The translations under genes were made by a program, and so were the position numbers. This document shows positions 30,683 to 39,745 of a stretch of DNA of 64,000 nucleotides, one piece after another (positions within the stretch are counted from its first letter, which is position 1; the number at the start of each line of letters is the position of its first letter). The stretch spans positions 346,509 through 410,508 of the forward strand of contig JALOQK010000002.1 of NCBI GenBank assembly GCA_025453395.1, read 5' to 3'. The notes below the pieces were generated by a model. The model was not told the origin of the DNA and did not search any database. It saw nothing but the letters and a program-made list of their open reading frames with translations. The DNA is from Candidatus Omnitrophota bacterium (GTDB taxonomy: Bacteria; Omnitrophota; Gorgyraeia; Gygaellales; Profunditerraquicolaceae).

Positions 30683-32685
30683 ATATTTAATTTATAAATA
30701 CGGGTTTCTCTATTGTCAAAAACAAGCGTAAAATTTTCCGGGTGCGCTTTTGCCCATTGGTCCTCTATGGGAAAAACAAGCTGTTTTGTCTGATGCAAAG
30801 AATAGACAAAAAGATAACCGGCGCCTCTTCGCTTAAGGTTACCCAGCCAATCAGCATAACTTGCCATACCGCGATAATTGTTTGGCTGTTGAAAACTTAA
30901 ATGCATATCCATAAAGTCAATCCCCCATTTATAACTGCTCTCTGGAAAATAATGCAGTTTTACCGGGTCAATCTTATTAACGGAAACATAAAAAACATTA
31001 TTCTTGAAATTAGCCCCGTATAAGGGGAAAGGCACAGGCCTGCCGGTATAAGCAATATTATCAGTTTTTGTATTCTGGTTTAACCATTCCCACGCCTCTG
31101 TGGCATCCGGCCAAAAACCGGAAGATTTCACCATCTTTCTGTAGCGCGCAAACTCATTTTTCTGGTGATATTTTTGAGCAAAAACAAGGCTCAACAATAT
31201 AAAAACCAAAATAAGCGGATAATGCGATTTCTTAAGCCTTAGCCTGAAGCTTGCGAAAAATAAAACCGCGGCAAGAACAAGCGAAATGACAAGTTCGATT
31301 TTCTTTGCCATCTCCGGGAACGAACATAAAAAACAAACAAAAACCGCCCAACGTATAATTTTTATAGGCACCTTCAATTGCCATATAATATAAAATGCCC
31401 AGGCCATGCTAATCCCAAAGAATGCATACAGGTATCTTAAGTTAGCTAACGGGATATAATAGCGGTAAACAAACCAGAATAATAACGGCATTACCGAGAA
31501 AAACCCCAGGATAAAATTTTTATTCTTCTCTTTGAATAATAAAAATACCGGAGCAAGAAATACCACCGGCAAAATAAAAATAACGGTCTGAAGGCCTAAC
31601 CCCTCGCCGAAAAGTATTTTCTTTAAACTATAGGCACTGGAAGTAAAATGCGCGCGGTAAACCGCCATATCCATTACCCCGGGAAAAACAGCTTTACCAA
31701 ATAAAGAGAAATTCAATGGATAAAAAGGATTACCGGTTTCTATAAAATTGCGCAGATAACTAAAAGCGCCAAAAATAAATATCAGGCCAATTGCTATCAC
31801 GGGCAAATATATTTTCTTAAGGTTTCTCAGGCATATATAGCCGTAGGGAAGCGCCAAAAGAAAAGCATAAGGAAGCGCTATTGTCTTTACTCCGATCATA
31901 AGCCCGGCACTTATGGCAAATAAGATTGTATTCTTAAAGCTAAATTCCTTGGATAAAACAAACAGGTAATACAACCCGGATAAAAACAAACCCGCGACCA
32001 TCAAATCAACATAGGCAATACTTATTTGACGGAAAAGATTCGGGATAACCGCGAACAAACACGCCCCATAAAATGAAACTTCCCTGTCCGCCTTGAAGAA
32101 ACGGATAATTTTATATACCAACAACACAGATAACAGCCAAAATGGAAACTGCCCGGCATCTGCCAAAAAAACGCTTTTAAAAGGAAGGATCAACCAGAAA
32201 TAATACAAACTTGCGTTAATCGGATAATATGTGGGGCTGGGGTCGTCACCCACAACAACCGGGATATTAAGATTGGCGTTTTTCAGCCACTGCACCGGAA
32301 AAGTCAAATGATAATTGATCGCATCCCAGCCCATTGGGGGATTTAACAGAACAACAGCCATTTTCACTAAAAGGAAACTTATTATTGAGGCGCAAATGAA
32401 GCGCTCTAATTTATTAAGCGGAAAATCTATCCGGCTTATGCGCTTATTTTTTTGGCGCGCGCAAGCTAATACCAAAACCAAAATGCCGCTGTGGACAAGG
32501 ATAAGATTAGAAAAGGTAAGCCTCTCAAATACCCCTAATAGAATTTCAGTAAAGACAATTTGCGCGCTATATAATATAAAAGACGCGATACCGCATTCCA
32601 GCGCATTGGTTATTCTTAAAATGTTTTTGCTTAAGACAACCGCGCAGGTTAAAACAACAATATTGGAAAACAAAAACGCGATCAT
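30679..32685 (-). CDS. Large polytopic membrane protein, probable GT-C fold transferase
   Basis: Many TM segments; WDAINYHL, YYP, YVDL, NPFYP, RY motifs. Confidence 0.55.
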   Translation of the reverse strand: MIAFLFSNIVVLTCAVVLSKNILRITNALECGIASFILYSAQIVFTEILLGVFERLTFSNLILVHSGILVLVLACARQKNKRISRIDFPLNKLERFICASIISFLLVKMAVVLLNPPMGWDAINYHLTFPVQWLKNANLNIPVVVGDDPSPTYYPINASLYYFWLILPFKSVFLADAGQFPFWLLSVLLVYKIIRFFKADREVSFYGACLFAVIPNLFRQISIAYVDLMVAGLFLSGLYYLFVLSKEFSFKNTILFAISAGLMIGVKTIALPYAFLLALPYGYICLRNLKKIYLPVIAIGLIFIFGAFSYLRNFIETGNPFYPLNFSLFGKAVFPGVMDMAVYRAHFTSSAYSLKKILFGEGLGLQTVIFILPVVFLAPVFLLFKEKNKNFILGFFSVMPLLFWFVYRYYIPLANLRYLYAFFGISMAWAFYIIWQLKVPIKIIRWAVFVCFLCSFPEMAKKIELVISLVLAAVLFFASFRLRLKKSHYPLILVFILLSLVFAQKYHQKNEFARYRKMVKSSGFWPDATEAWEWLNQNTKTDNIAYTGRPVPFPLYGANFKNNVFYVSVNKIDPVKLHYFPESSYKWGIDFMDMHLSFQQPNNYRGMASYADWLGNLKRRGAGYLFVYSLHQTKQLVFPIEDQWAKAHPENFTLVFDNRETRIYKLNI

Positions 32686-33443
32686 TGCCTTATATCATAT
32701 AGTCTTGCGGTTATTAATATCCCGGAGGCAACAACCCTTATATAAACTGGCACGCCTTCAAACATATAAACACCGAGGTTTGTCCTATGGTATGGATTAT
32801 TTTTGTCTTCTCTTCTTATCTGCGCCTGCAGGTTTAGCAGATCATAAGTTTTTCTTCCCTTCCGGACAGGCTTTAACGCTGCGGCACCCAAAAAAACGTA
32901 GTTTTTCTGGTTGGTATTAATATAAAACTTACACCGCGGATTCTTGGTAAAATCAAACTTCCCCATCCCATAAACAAGCGAAAGAAAATCCTGCGTATCA
33001 GGAAAAATCACGCGCCTGACCCCGTTTAAGGCCATAACCCCTGCGGCCTGGTCATAATAAACCTCTTTGATCTTTTGCCCATGATTGCTGGTAAATAACT
33101 CCTGACGGAAATAAACCGGATTTCCGGTTTTGGGATCAAGATAAGAATCAAGTTTCACATTGCCTTTAAAAAGAAACGCGATATTTTGCGTTGTCGCCGC
33201 CTCCATCGCAAGATGCAGCGCTTTCTTCCCGGAATATGTTTCTGCCTTTGGGCTTTTAACTACAGCCTCGGCGATGGGAATTAAATTAAATAAGTACACT
33301 TTATAGGCCAAATCACTGCTTTGCGCTTTATTAATCGGCGCATTAAGCTTATCAATAATGCCTGGAATATCGCTGTTGGCACGATAATTAAAAACCGCGA
33401 TGACAAACCCGAAGGCTAAAATTAATAGAATAATTTTCTTCAT
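32682..33443 (-). CDS. Exported DUF3108-like protein
   Basis: N-terminal signal/anchor; LAYKV, SYLD, QDFLSLVY pattern. Confidence 0.55.
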   Translation of the reverse strand: MKKIILLILAFGFVIAVFNYRANSDIPGIIDKLNAPINKAQSSDLAYKVYLFNLIPIAEAVVKSPKAETYSGKKALHLAMEAATTQNIAFLFKGNVKLDSYLDPKTGNPVYFRQELFTSNHGQKIKEVYYDQAAGVMALNGVRRVIFPDTQDFLSLVYGMGKFDFTKNPRCKFYINTNQKNYVFLGAAALKPVRKGRKTYDLLNLQAQIRREDKNNPYHRTNLGVYMFEGVPVYIRVVASGILITARLYDIRQ

Positions 33444-33461
33444 AGGAACTTGCCCCCGCTT

Positions 33462-33620
33462 CTAAAATAAAGTATAAATAAAAGGCGCTACAACGGACGA
33501 TTGCGAGAAAAAGATTAAAAGCCCCAAGAGAAGAAGCATCACCACTATCGGGGTCAGCCACCATTTCTTGCGTACTCTTAAAAACATCCAAAATTCTTTT
33601 AATATTGTAAACTTCCCCAT
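33462..33620 (-). CDS. Small DUF5989/SxtK-like membrane protein, 52 aa, absent from ORF track
   Basis: AGGAGG RBS; MGKFTILKEFWMFLRVRKKWWLTPIVVMLLLLGLLIFFSQSSVVAPFIYTLF*. Confidence 0.9.
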   Translation of the reverse strand: MGKFTILKEFWMFLRVRKKWWLTPIVVMLLLLGLLIFFSQSSVVAPFIYTLF

Positions 33621-33656
33621 ACCCCCTCCTCCAGTAGAAAACTAAACACTTGATCC

Positions 33657-33743
33657 TCCGCCCAGTAAGGGCGTACTTTGCCTTCCGCCCCGCGGGGCGT
33701 ACTTGGCAATCCTTATTGCCAAGGTTACGATAGGCAAAGGTAC
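33657..33743 (-). other. GC-rich structured intergenic element (nested hairpins)
   Basis: Outer ctttgcct/aggcaaag stem encloses cttggcaat-N4-attgccaag and cgccc-N4-gggcg; a second cgccc-N5-gggcg lies outside. Confidence 0.6.
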
Positions 33744-33745
33744 CA

Positions 33746-34144
33746 TTAAAATTGGTGCAAATAACTTTCAGGGGTAAATTCCCCCTTCTCTTTTTTCTTC
33801 CAGTAAGTCTTACTATTCTTATCAATCTTTCTTTCCAATAAATCCTTGCCCAACAATCTTATCATTATTCCAATGGGTGTAAAAATAAGGTAAAACATAA
33901 TGATCAACAAGATACGGGTATTTATCCAGCTTAAGATCTTTGCCAGCTTCATCCATAAAATATAAACCGGCTTTAAAACAAAAGGGCAAACTACCGCTAA
34001 AACAAGAAAAATTAGGGATATCGCTAATAGCCAATAATTGATATGCTTGTGAAAGAAAAAAACCAAGGCAAAAATAACTGCTAAGGCAACTGCCATAGTT
34101 AAGCCGAAATTTTTTAATGTCTTCTTATCAAATACAATATCCAT
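33746..34144 (-). CDS. SxtJ-family membrane protein
   Basis: LKNFG, LKPVYILWMKL, ILLIIMFYLIFTPIG, GKDLL, TYW, terminal QF. Confidence 0.88.
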   Translation of the reverse strand: MDIVFDKKTLKNFGLTMAVALAVIFALVFFFHKHINYWLLAISLIFLVLAVVCPFVLKPVYILWMKLAKILSWINTRILLIIMFYLIFTPIGIMIRLLGKDLLERKIDKNSKTYWKKKEKGEFTPESYLHQF

Positions 34145-34148
34145 AAGC

Positions 34149-35966
34149 TTAATCCAGTTCAAATTCCTTCTGCCAGGATGTATCCTTAGGCATTTGTTTT
34201 TGCTCTTTTTTATCCAAAAGATACTGCCCGATGATCAAATAATCCATTTCTGTGCGCATAAAACACCTGAAGGCATCCTGCGGGCTCTCCACTAACGGCT
34301 CACCGCGCACATTAAAAGAAGTATTGATGATTACCGGGCATCCGGTTTTCTTGAAGAACGCGTTTATGGTGTCATAGTAAAGCGGATTATCGCTTCTTTT
34401 CACCGTCTGAACACGCGCGGAATAATCTACGTGGGTTACCGCCTGAACAATAGAGCGCTCTATCCTTAATTTATCAAAGCCATTTGCCTTTTCTAATTCC
34501 AGCGGATTGCCAGAGCGCTTTTCTTTTTTTAAATCTGCGACAAGCAGCATATACGGGCTTTCGCAATCCATTTCAAACCACTTTCCCGCCTCTTCACTTA
34601 ATACTGTGGGAGCAAATGGACGAAAAGATTCACGATATTTAATCTTAAGGTTCATTTTAGACTGCATTTGGGTGTTTCTGGCATCACCGATAATGCTTCT
34701 TGCGCCAAGGGCCCTTGGCCCATATTCCATCCTGCCCTGAAACCAGCCAATAATATTGCCGTTAATGATTAAATCCGCTGTTTTTTCCGGGATTTGCGCA
34801 AGATCTAGCTTATGATAAGGCACACTTTGAGTTTTCAGGAAATTTTCTACTTCCTCTTGGGCATATTCTGTCCCTAATAAAGACGATTTTTGACTATCGC
34901 TTACACTTTCTGGATTACGTGTTTTTCCTGAATAATTATGCCACCCCACCAAGGCTGCTCCCAATGCGCCCCCAGCGTCTCCGCTTGCCGGCTGGATCCA
35001 GATATTCTTGAAAATTCCCGCGCGTAATATCTTACCGTTACCGACACAATTTAAAGATACGCCTCCTGCCAAACAAAGATTCTCTTGCCCGGTAACTTGG
35101 CGCACATGACGCGCCATTTTAAGCATAATCTCTTCGGTAACCTGCTGGATTGACGCGGCAATATCCATATAATCTTGGGTAATTTTTGTTTCGGGCTTTC
35201 GCGGTAACATGCCAAATAACTTATCAAAGGCGCTGTTGGTCATTCTTAAGCCGTAGCCAAAGCCGAAATATTTCATATTCAGTTTAAAAGAGCCGTCATC
35301 TTTTAAATCTAAAAGCTTATCTCTAATTAAACAGGCAAACCTGGGTTCTCCATATGGGGCCAGCCCCATTAATTTGTATTCGCCGGAATTAACTTTAAAC
35401 CCGCAGAAATAAGTAAACGCCGAATACAACAAACCCAAAGAATGCGGAAAACGAAGATAAGAATTTATCTCTAAAGAATTCCCCTTGCCTGTGCCAAAAC
35501 TGGCGGTCTCCCACTCCCCAACCCCGTCCATAGTCAAAAATGCCGCGTTCTGGTAGGGCGAGGGATAAAACGCGCTGGCGGCATGCGCCTCGTGATGGCC
35601 GCAAAAAGCAATTTTACCCGTATATTCAAGCTTCTGGCGAATAATTTCCGGGATCCAAAGCTTCTGTTTTAACCATAAAGGCATTGCCTGCACAAATTGA
35701 CTTATTCCTAATGGCGCGTAAGAAAGCGAAGCTTCAAGAATCCTCTCAAATTTTATGAAGGGCTTCTCATAAAAAACGATTAAATCCACGTCTTTAATAG
35801 AGATACCGGCGTATTTTAAACAAAAGGCTAAAGCATGGGCAGGGAAACTAAAATCATGCTTTTTACGCGTAAAACGCTCTTCCTGCGCGGCGGCAATGAT
35901 TTTTCCGTCCTGCACAAGACAGCAGGCGCTATCGTGGTAAAAACATGAGATGCCTAATATATTCAT
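34149..35966 (-). CDS. NodU/CmcH-family O-carbamoyltransferase
   Basis: GISCFYHDSA, QEERFTRKKH, HHEAHAASAF, DGVGE, GEYKLMGLAPYG, NTSFNVRGEP. Confidence 0.95.
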   Translation of the reverse strand: MNILGISCFYHDSACCLVQDGKIIAAAQEERFTRKKHDFSFPAHALAFCLKYAGISIKDVDLIVFYEKPFIKFERILEASLSYAPLGISQFVQAMPLWLKQKLWIPEIIRQKLEYTGKIAFCGHHEAHAASAFYPSPYQNAAFLTMDGVGEWETASFGTGKGNSLEINSYLRFPHSLGLLYSAFTYFCGFKVNSGEYKLMGLAPYGEPRFACLIRDKLLDLKDDGSFKLNMKYFGFGYGLRMTNSAFDKLFGMLPRKPETKITQDYMDIAASIQQVTEEIMLKMARHVRQVTGQENLCLAGGVSLNCVGNGKILRAGIFKNIWIQPASGDAGGALGAALVGWHNYSGKTRNPESVSDSQKSSLLGTEYAQEEVENFLKTQSVPYHKLDLAQIPEKTADLIINGNIIGWFQGRMEYGPRALGARSIIGDARNTQMQSKMNLKIKYRESFRPFAPTVLSEEAGKWFEMDCESPYMLLVADLKKEKRSGNPLELEKANGFDKLRIERSIVQAVTHVDYSARVQTVKRSDNPLYYDTINAFFKKTGCPVIINTSFNVRGEPLVESPQDAFRCFMRTEMDYLIIGQYLLDKKEQKQMPKDTSWQKEFELD

Positions 35967-36466
35967 TAAAGTTCGATTTTTTTAATGCCAAGCACGGCAC
36001 ACAGCCGGGCAAGCGTCCATAATGTAATATTCTTCCTGCCTTCTTCAATCTTGGAAATATCCGGCTGACGCATCCCTGTTTTAAGGGCCAATATTTTTTG
36101 GCTCCAACCAGCAGATATTCTTGCCTCTCTAATCAGATTGCCTATCTTTAGATAGAAAAAGGGTACAGACCCTTTTGGCATCCGCTTAGAATCATCTTGC
36201 CCCACAATCTGCTCATAAACAGCCTGCCACCAATTCCTAAAGTCGCTATTCTGCCCGTATTTTCTCCAATAAGTATTTATCTTAGGCCAAGTATCAACAA
36301 AGTCTTGTTTATGTATAATAGCAAAGACTTCTTTCGGCTTTTGACAGCGCGAAAGAAGATCAACTGCGCGCGGTATGAATTTCGGGTTATTTTTGTCTTT
36401 CAACGCGCCAGCTGCTTGCTTTAAGGTTTCCTGGTTTAAATTCCAGAAATATTTTGAAATGTTCAT
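35966..36466 (-). CDS. XRE/HTH_3-domain protein, putative antitoxin partner
   Basis: C-terminal IREARISAGWSQKILALKTGMRQPDISKIEEG; overlaps both neighbours. Confidence 0.75.
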   Translation of the reverse strand: MNISKYFWNLNQETLKQAAGALKDKNNPKFIPRAVDLLSRCQKPKEVFAIIHKQDFVDTWPKINTYWRKYGQNSDFRNWWQAVYEQIVGQDDSKRMPKGSVPFFYLKIGNLIREARISAGWSQKILALKTGMRQPDISKIEEGRKNITLWTLARLCAVLGIKKIEL

Positions 36467-37173
36467 TCCATGGCCTCTTTGATAAATTTCTTAATTTCAC
36501 TGTCCAGATGCGATATCATGTCACGGCTGTCAAATTTCTTATCATAGATGTCTAAATCCAAAAGAGATATTTTAAGGTCTCCCCGGGAAAACGACTGATA
36601 CCAGCTAACCATGCCCCGTTGAAAATTAGCAGGCATTTTCTTTAAGAATACATGAAGCGGCGTAACTTCGTTTGACAGATAATATACGTCAAAAGCATCC
36701 CGAGCCTGATTCCTGCCGGTAGAAATTTCTCTGCCTAATTGATCTTGGACAAAACCTGTTCCCGCGATAGAAGCGATCTTCTGATAATATATATCTTCTG
36801 CCGAATAAACAGGTATCCCGTCAAAATGCAATATTTTTGGTTTCTTTAAGAGAACCTCTTCAACAAAATCAATCTTTAACGCTTTTTTGCCAGCGCCGCC
36901 AGAAAGAGAAAAAAACTTAACTCTGGCACTAAACGGTAAAACCATTTCCGAAACTAACTTGACCTTTACCCCTGTTTGCTTCTTAAAAACAGAAATTATG
37001 TCCCGGATTTCCTTTTCGCTAAATTTTACGGAGAATAAATCAAGGTCAAAAGAAAAACGGTGCTTAAGATAAAATAATTCCAATGCCGTCCCACCGGCAA
37101 GAGCAAAACAGCCCGCGCAGGTTGAGAATGCTTTTAATATGCTTTTCTGAAAATCCCGTATTTGACTATCCAT
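36463..37173 (-). CDS. AbiEii/AbiGii-family nucleotidyltransferase toxin
   Basis: FALAGGTALELFYLKHRFSFDLDLF, KIDFV, K...R..ARDAFD. Confidence 0.85.
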   Translation of the reverse strand: MDSQIRDFQKSILKAFSTCAGCFALAGGTALELFYLKHRFSFDLDLFSVKFSEKEIRDIISVFKKQTGVKVKLVSEMVLPFSARVKFFSLSGGAGKKALKIDFVEEVLLKKPKILHFDGIPVYSAEDIYYQKIASIAGTGFVQDQLGREISTGRNQARDAFDVYYLSNEVTPLHVFLKKMPANFQRGMVSWYQSFSRGDLKISLLDLDIYDKKFDSRDMISHLDSEIKKFIKEAME

Positions 37174-37204
37174 CTCTATAGTTTATAAGTTATATTCAAT
37201 ATAG

Positions 37205-37233
37205 AGTATATACTATAGCAGGCATATTGTCAA
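37205..37233 (-). promoter_or_regulatory. Sigma70 promoter upstream of the AbiEii-like gene
   Basis: TTGACA-17nt-TATACT. Confidence 0.7.
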
Positions 37234-37308
37234 GTTTTAATTCCCCTATTGTCCTGCCCCATAAAAAAGCTCAATTTTAGAAACTTAATTATAACAGAAA
37301 TAAAAAGA

Positions 37309-38268
37309 TTATAATAGGAAATTCTGCAGAAAATTGAATAAATATCCGGTAAGAATAATTGCCAAGGCGGTAACGGCAAAAAATATAGCGATAAGCTCTA
37401 AACGCATGGCGCGCCTTAACATTACAGCTTCAGGAAAGCTTAACGCGGATACTGCCATCATAAAAGAAAGCACGGTACCCAGAGGAAACCCTTTCTCAAA
37501 TAAAGCCACTGCCACAGGCACAATCGCGGCGCAGCTGCCATAAAGAGGCACCCCGATCAAGGTAGCTATCGGAACCGAAAATAAGCCGGTCTTCCCGATA
37601 ACATGCTCTATATTTTCTTTGGGAATATAATTGTGTATCAAAGCGCCAATGCCTACCCCGATCAATACCCAAAACCAGATTTTCCTGGTAATGGAAAACG
37701 CTTCACTTAGGCCAAAATCCAGACGGCTTTTAAAACTAGAATAAGAAATCTTATCCTGCTTAATATCCTCCTGGCTTGAAAAATCTTTTTCTAAATGGCG
37801 CTCCAGTTTCATCTTTCCCAGAACATAACCAGATACAATTCCAATAACCAAGCCGCTTAAAACATAAGCTAAGGCGATCTTCCAACCAAAGAATCCAAGC
37901 ATTAAAACTACAAGGTATTCATTGATTATGGGCGAAGTAACAAGAAAGGAAAAAGTGATCCCCAACGGAATGCCTGCCTTAATAAAGCTTATAAATATGG
38001 GGATTGACGAACAAGAGCAAAATGGAGTAACCGCCCCGAATAAAGCGGAAAAGAAATACCCGAAAAGCCCTCTTTTAGCCAGCCATTGTTTAATCGTATT
38101 TTGCGCGATGTAAGTGCGCAAGACTCCGATTACGCTGATCATGGCAAAAAGAAGAAATATTATCTTCAGCGAATCATAGAGAAAGAAATTTACTGCTTGC
38201 GCCCATAGAGCTTCAGGAGGCAGGCGTAAAACTGAATAGGTCAGCCTGTCTATTAAGGATTGCAGCAC
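37309..38268 (-). CDS. ArsP/DUF318-family permease
   Basis: TPFCSCSSIP, FLVTSP, GVPLY.C, GTVLSFMMA..ALSFPE. Confidence 0.88.
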   Translation of the reverse strand: MLQSLIDRLTYSVLRLPPEALWAQAVNFFLYDSLKIIFLLFAMISVIGVLRTYIAQNTIKQWLAKRGLFGYFFSALFGAVTPFCSCSSIPIFISFIKAGIPLGITFSFLVTSPIINEYLVVLMLGFFGWKIALAYVLSGLVIGIVSGYVLGKMKLERHLEKDFSSQEDIKQDKISYSSFKSRLDFGLSEAFSITRKIWFWVLIGVGIGALIHNYIPKENIEHVIGKTGLFSVPIATLIGVPLYGSCAAIVPVAVALFEKGFPLGTVLSFMMAVSALSFPEAVMLRRAMRLELIAIFFAVTALAIILTGYLFNFLQNFLL

Positions 38269-38411
38269 GAATCATCCTTTTCTTCTTTCTTGCCCGCACA
38301 ACAACACGGTTGTTTCTTGGCCTGCTCCTGCATTTTTTTATCCAAGCTCTGCATTAATCTGGCCCAGAACCCTTTTTTAACATTTGCCGCATTATTCTTG
38401 TTTTCCATCAT
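38253..38411 (-). CDS. Small Cys-rich putative metal-binding protein, 52 aa, absent from ORF track
   Basis: AGGAGG RBS; MMENKNNAANVKKGFWARLMQSLDKKMQEQAKKQPCCCAGKKEEKDDSCCNP*; overlaps the permease start. Confidence 0.75.
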   Translation of the reverse strand: MMENKNNAANVKKGFWARLMQSLDKKMQEQAKKQPCCCAGKKEEKDDSCCNP

Positions 38412-38441
38412 ATTCCTCCTCTAGATATGCGCACCTTATTC

Positions 38442-38654
38442 TTAGTTAGCCCTATAGACATCTCTGCGATGCCACACCTTAACGATATAAACAATCAAGA
38501 TTTTATCCTCAATAGAATAGAGAATGCGGTAATTCCCACAGCGGACACGATATTTTTCCCCAGCGGATAATTTCTTGCAATCGTACGGGCGAGGGTTTTC
38601 GGAAAGAGACTCAATAGCCGCGGATTTTTTAATCTCTACCTTATATCTTCCCAT
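38442..38654 (-). CDS. RelE/ParE-family toxin with apparent internal deletion
   Basis: YKVEIKKSA, NPRP..CKKL, YRVRCGNYRILYSI, HRRDVYR; only 70 aa. Confidence 0.8.
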   Translation of the reverse strand: MGRYKVEIKKSAAIESLSENPRPYDCKKLSAGEKYRVRCGNYRILYSIEDKILIVYIVKVWHRRDVYRAN

Positions 38655-38874
38655 CGGCTTTTAGTTTCTTCAAGAGTGCTTCGTAAGATATGGTTGGTTC
38701 TTTGGCCCTTTTGGCAAATACAGCCAAATCTTCCTGGTCTTCTGCTAGTTCATGGCGGATAGCCGCATTAACAATATCGGAAATAGACTGGTCGGTTTCA
38801 ATGGCCATAAACTTAAGCACTCTGTGGATTGCCGGGTCAAAATATATGGTAGAACGTTTTGTTAACATATTCAT
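38641..38874 (-). CDS. CopG/ribbon-helix-helix antitoxin
   Basis: KRSTIYFD..IHRVLK, SISDIVNAA, EDQEDL; overlaps the toxin gene. Confidence 0.8.
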   Translation of the reverse strand: MNMLTKRSTIYFDPAIHRVLKFMAIETDQSISDIVNAAIRHELAEDQEDLAVFAKRAKEPTISYEALLKKLKADGKI

Positions 38875-38904
38875 TCCTCCTTTATCTTACGAGGAAAGAA
38901 TAGC

Positions 38905-38933
38905 ATCATAATGTCATAATGTCATAATGTCAA
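38905..38933 (-). promoter_or_regulatory. TA promoter with three 8-nt direct repeats (probable RHH operator)
   Basis: TTGACA-17nt-TATGAT; tcataatg x3 at 38906-38929. Confidence 0.75.
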
Positions 38934-38967
38934 GATGTTTCATGTCTGCCGGCAGGCACACTTCAAG

Positions 38968-39228
38968 CTATCTATAAATTTCCTTTCTATGGCCCAAGTC
39001 AATAATGTAGATTACCGGCTTGTTTTTCTGAATCATATAAATAACCCTATAATCTCCTATGCGAAGTGAATATGCGCCAAAAAGCCTTCCTTTTAAGCTT
39101 TTCCCCTGCAAGGGATTTATTTTGAGGCCTTCTATTGCGGTTATCAAGCGGGAATAGAGTTTTTTATCAATTGTATAAATCTTCTCAAGCTGTTTGGATG
39201 CGCTATGAGAAAATTCGATTTTATACAT
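38968..39228 (-). CDS. RelE/ParE-family toxin
   Basis: YKIEFSHSA, NPLQGKSLKG, LRIGDYRVIY, GHRKEIYR. Confidence 0.9.
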   Translation of the reverse strand: MYKIEFSHSASKQLEKIYTIDKKLYSRLITAIEGLKINPLQGKSLKGRLFGAYSLRIGDYRVIYMIQKNKPVIYIIDLGHRKEIYR

Positions 39229-39502
39229 TTGCCTTCTTCTCTAATTTGCGGCGCAACTGCTCCATTGATATAGTTTTACCCGCGGCTATTTCCTTTTTTG
39301 CTTTTCGGATCCGTTTTACCGCATCTTTATCAGAAAGGATTTCAATTGTTTCAAGTAAACCTTCGAAATCATCCGGGTTTATCATTACCGCGACTGGCCT
39401 TCCTCTTTTAATCACAACATAGCGGTCTAGTCTGGAGTCAATATTCTTGATAACCGCCGGTAACTCCGGCCGCAGCTTCTTTAAACTGATCGTATTTACC
39501 AT
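39221..39502 (-). CDS. Phd/YefM-family antitoxin
   Basis: YVVIKRGRPVAVMI, FEGLLETIEILSD; GGAGG RBS before ATG 39502. Confidence 0.9.
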   Translation of the reverse strand: MVNTISLKKLRPELPAVIKNIDSRLDRYVVIKRGRPVAVMINPDDFEGLLETIEILSDKDAVKRIRKAKKEIAAGKTISMEQLRRKLEKKANV

Positions 39503-39516
39503 ACTTTTCACCTCCA

Positions 39517-39550
39517 GACAAAGTATACACTATTATGTATACTTTGTCAA
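39517..39550 (-). promoter_or_regulatory. TA promoter with 13-bp palindromic operator
   Basis: TTGACA-17nt-TATACT overlapped by gacaaagtataca-N6-tgtatactttgtc. Confidence 0.85.
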
Positions 39551-39745
39551 AACCTTTTGATAAACTCCAAAAGGTTACCGAATTATTGAGCTAGTACAAC
39601 CGTCCCCTTTATTCTTGCAAATCCGCTGGTAGCACATCCAATCAAGCCTAAGCACAAAAAAAATTAATGCTCTTTTCAGCATTTTCATTTTCAGGAACGA
39701 CTCAGAGACGGTATCCCGAACAAAACGGAAACCGTATGTATCTTT

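Noticed and set aside
33388-33825. 145-aa ORF in the track
   Set aside because: Overlaps SxtJ, the structured gap and the better-supported DUF5989 ORF in another frame.
33462-35966. Saxitoxin biosynthesis (SxtI/J/K-like trio)
   Set aside because: The trio is widespread in surface-glycan loci, and no other sxt genes are present.
38944-38958. Short palindrome gtctgccggcaggca between TA modules
   Set aside because: Only one copy seen; cannot establish it as a REP or terminator.
39596-39615. caaccgtcccctttattc, and tattgtcctgcccc near 37250, resembling REP-like ends of tyrosine-transposase loci
   Set aside because: Short, dissimilar to each other, and no transposase in the window.
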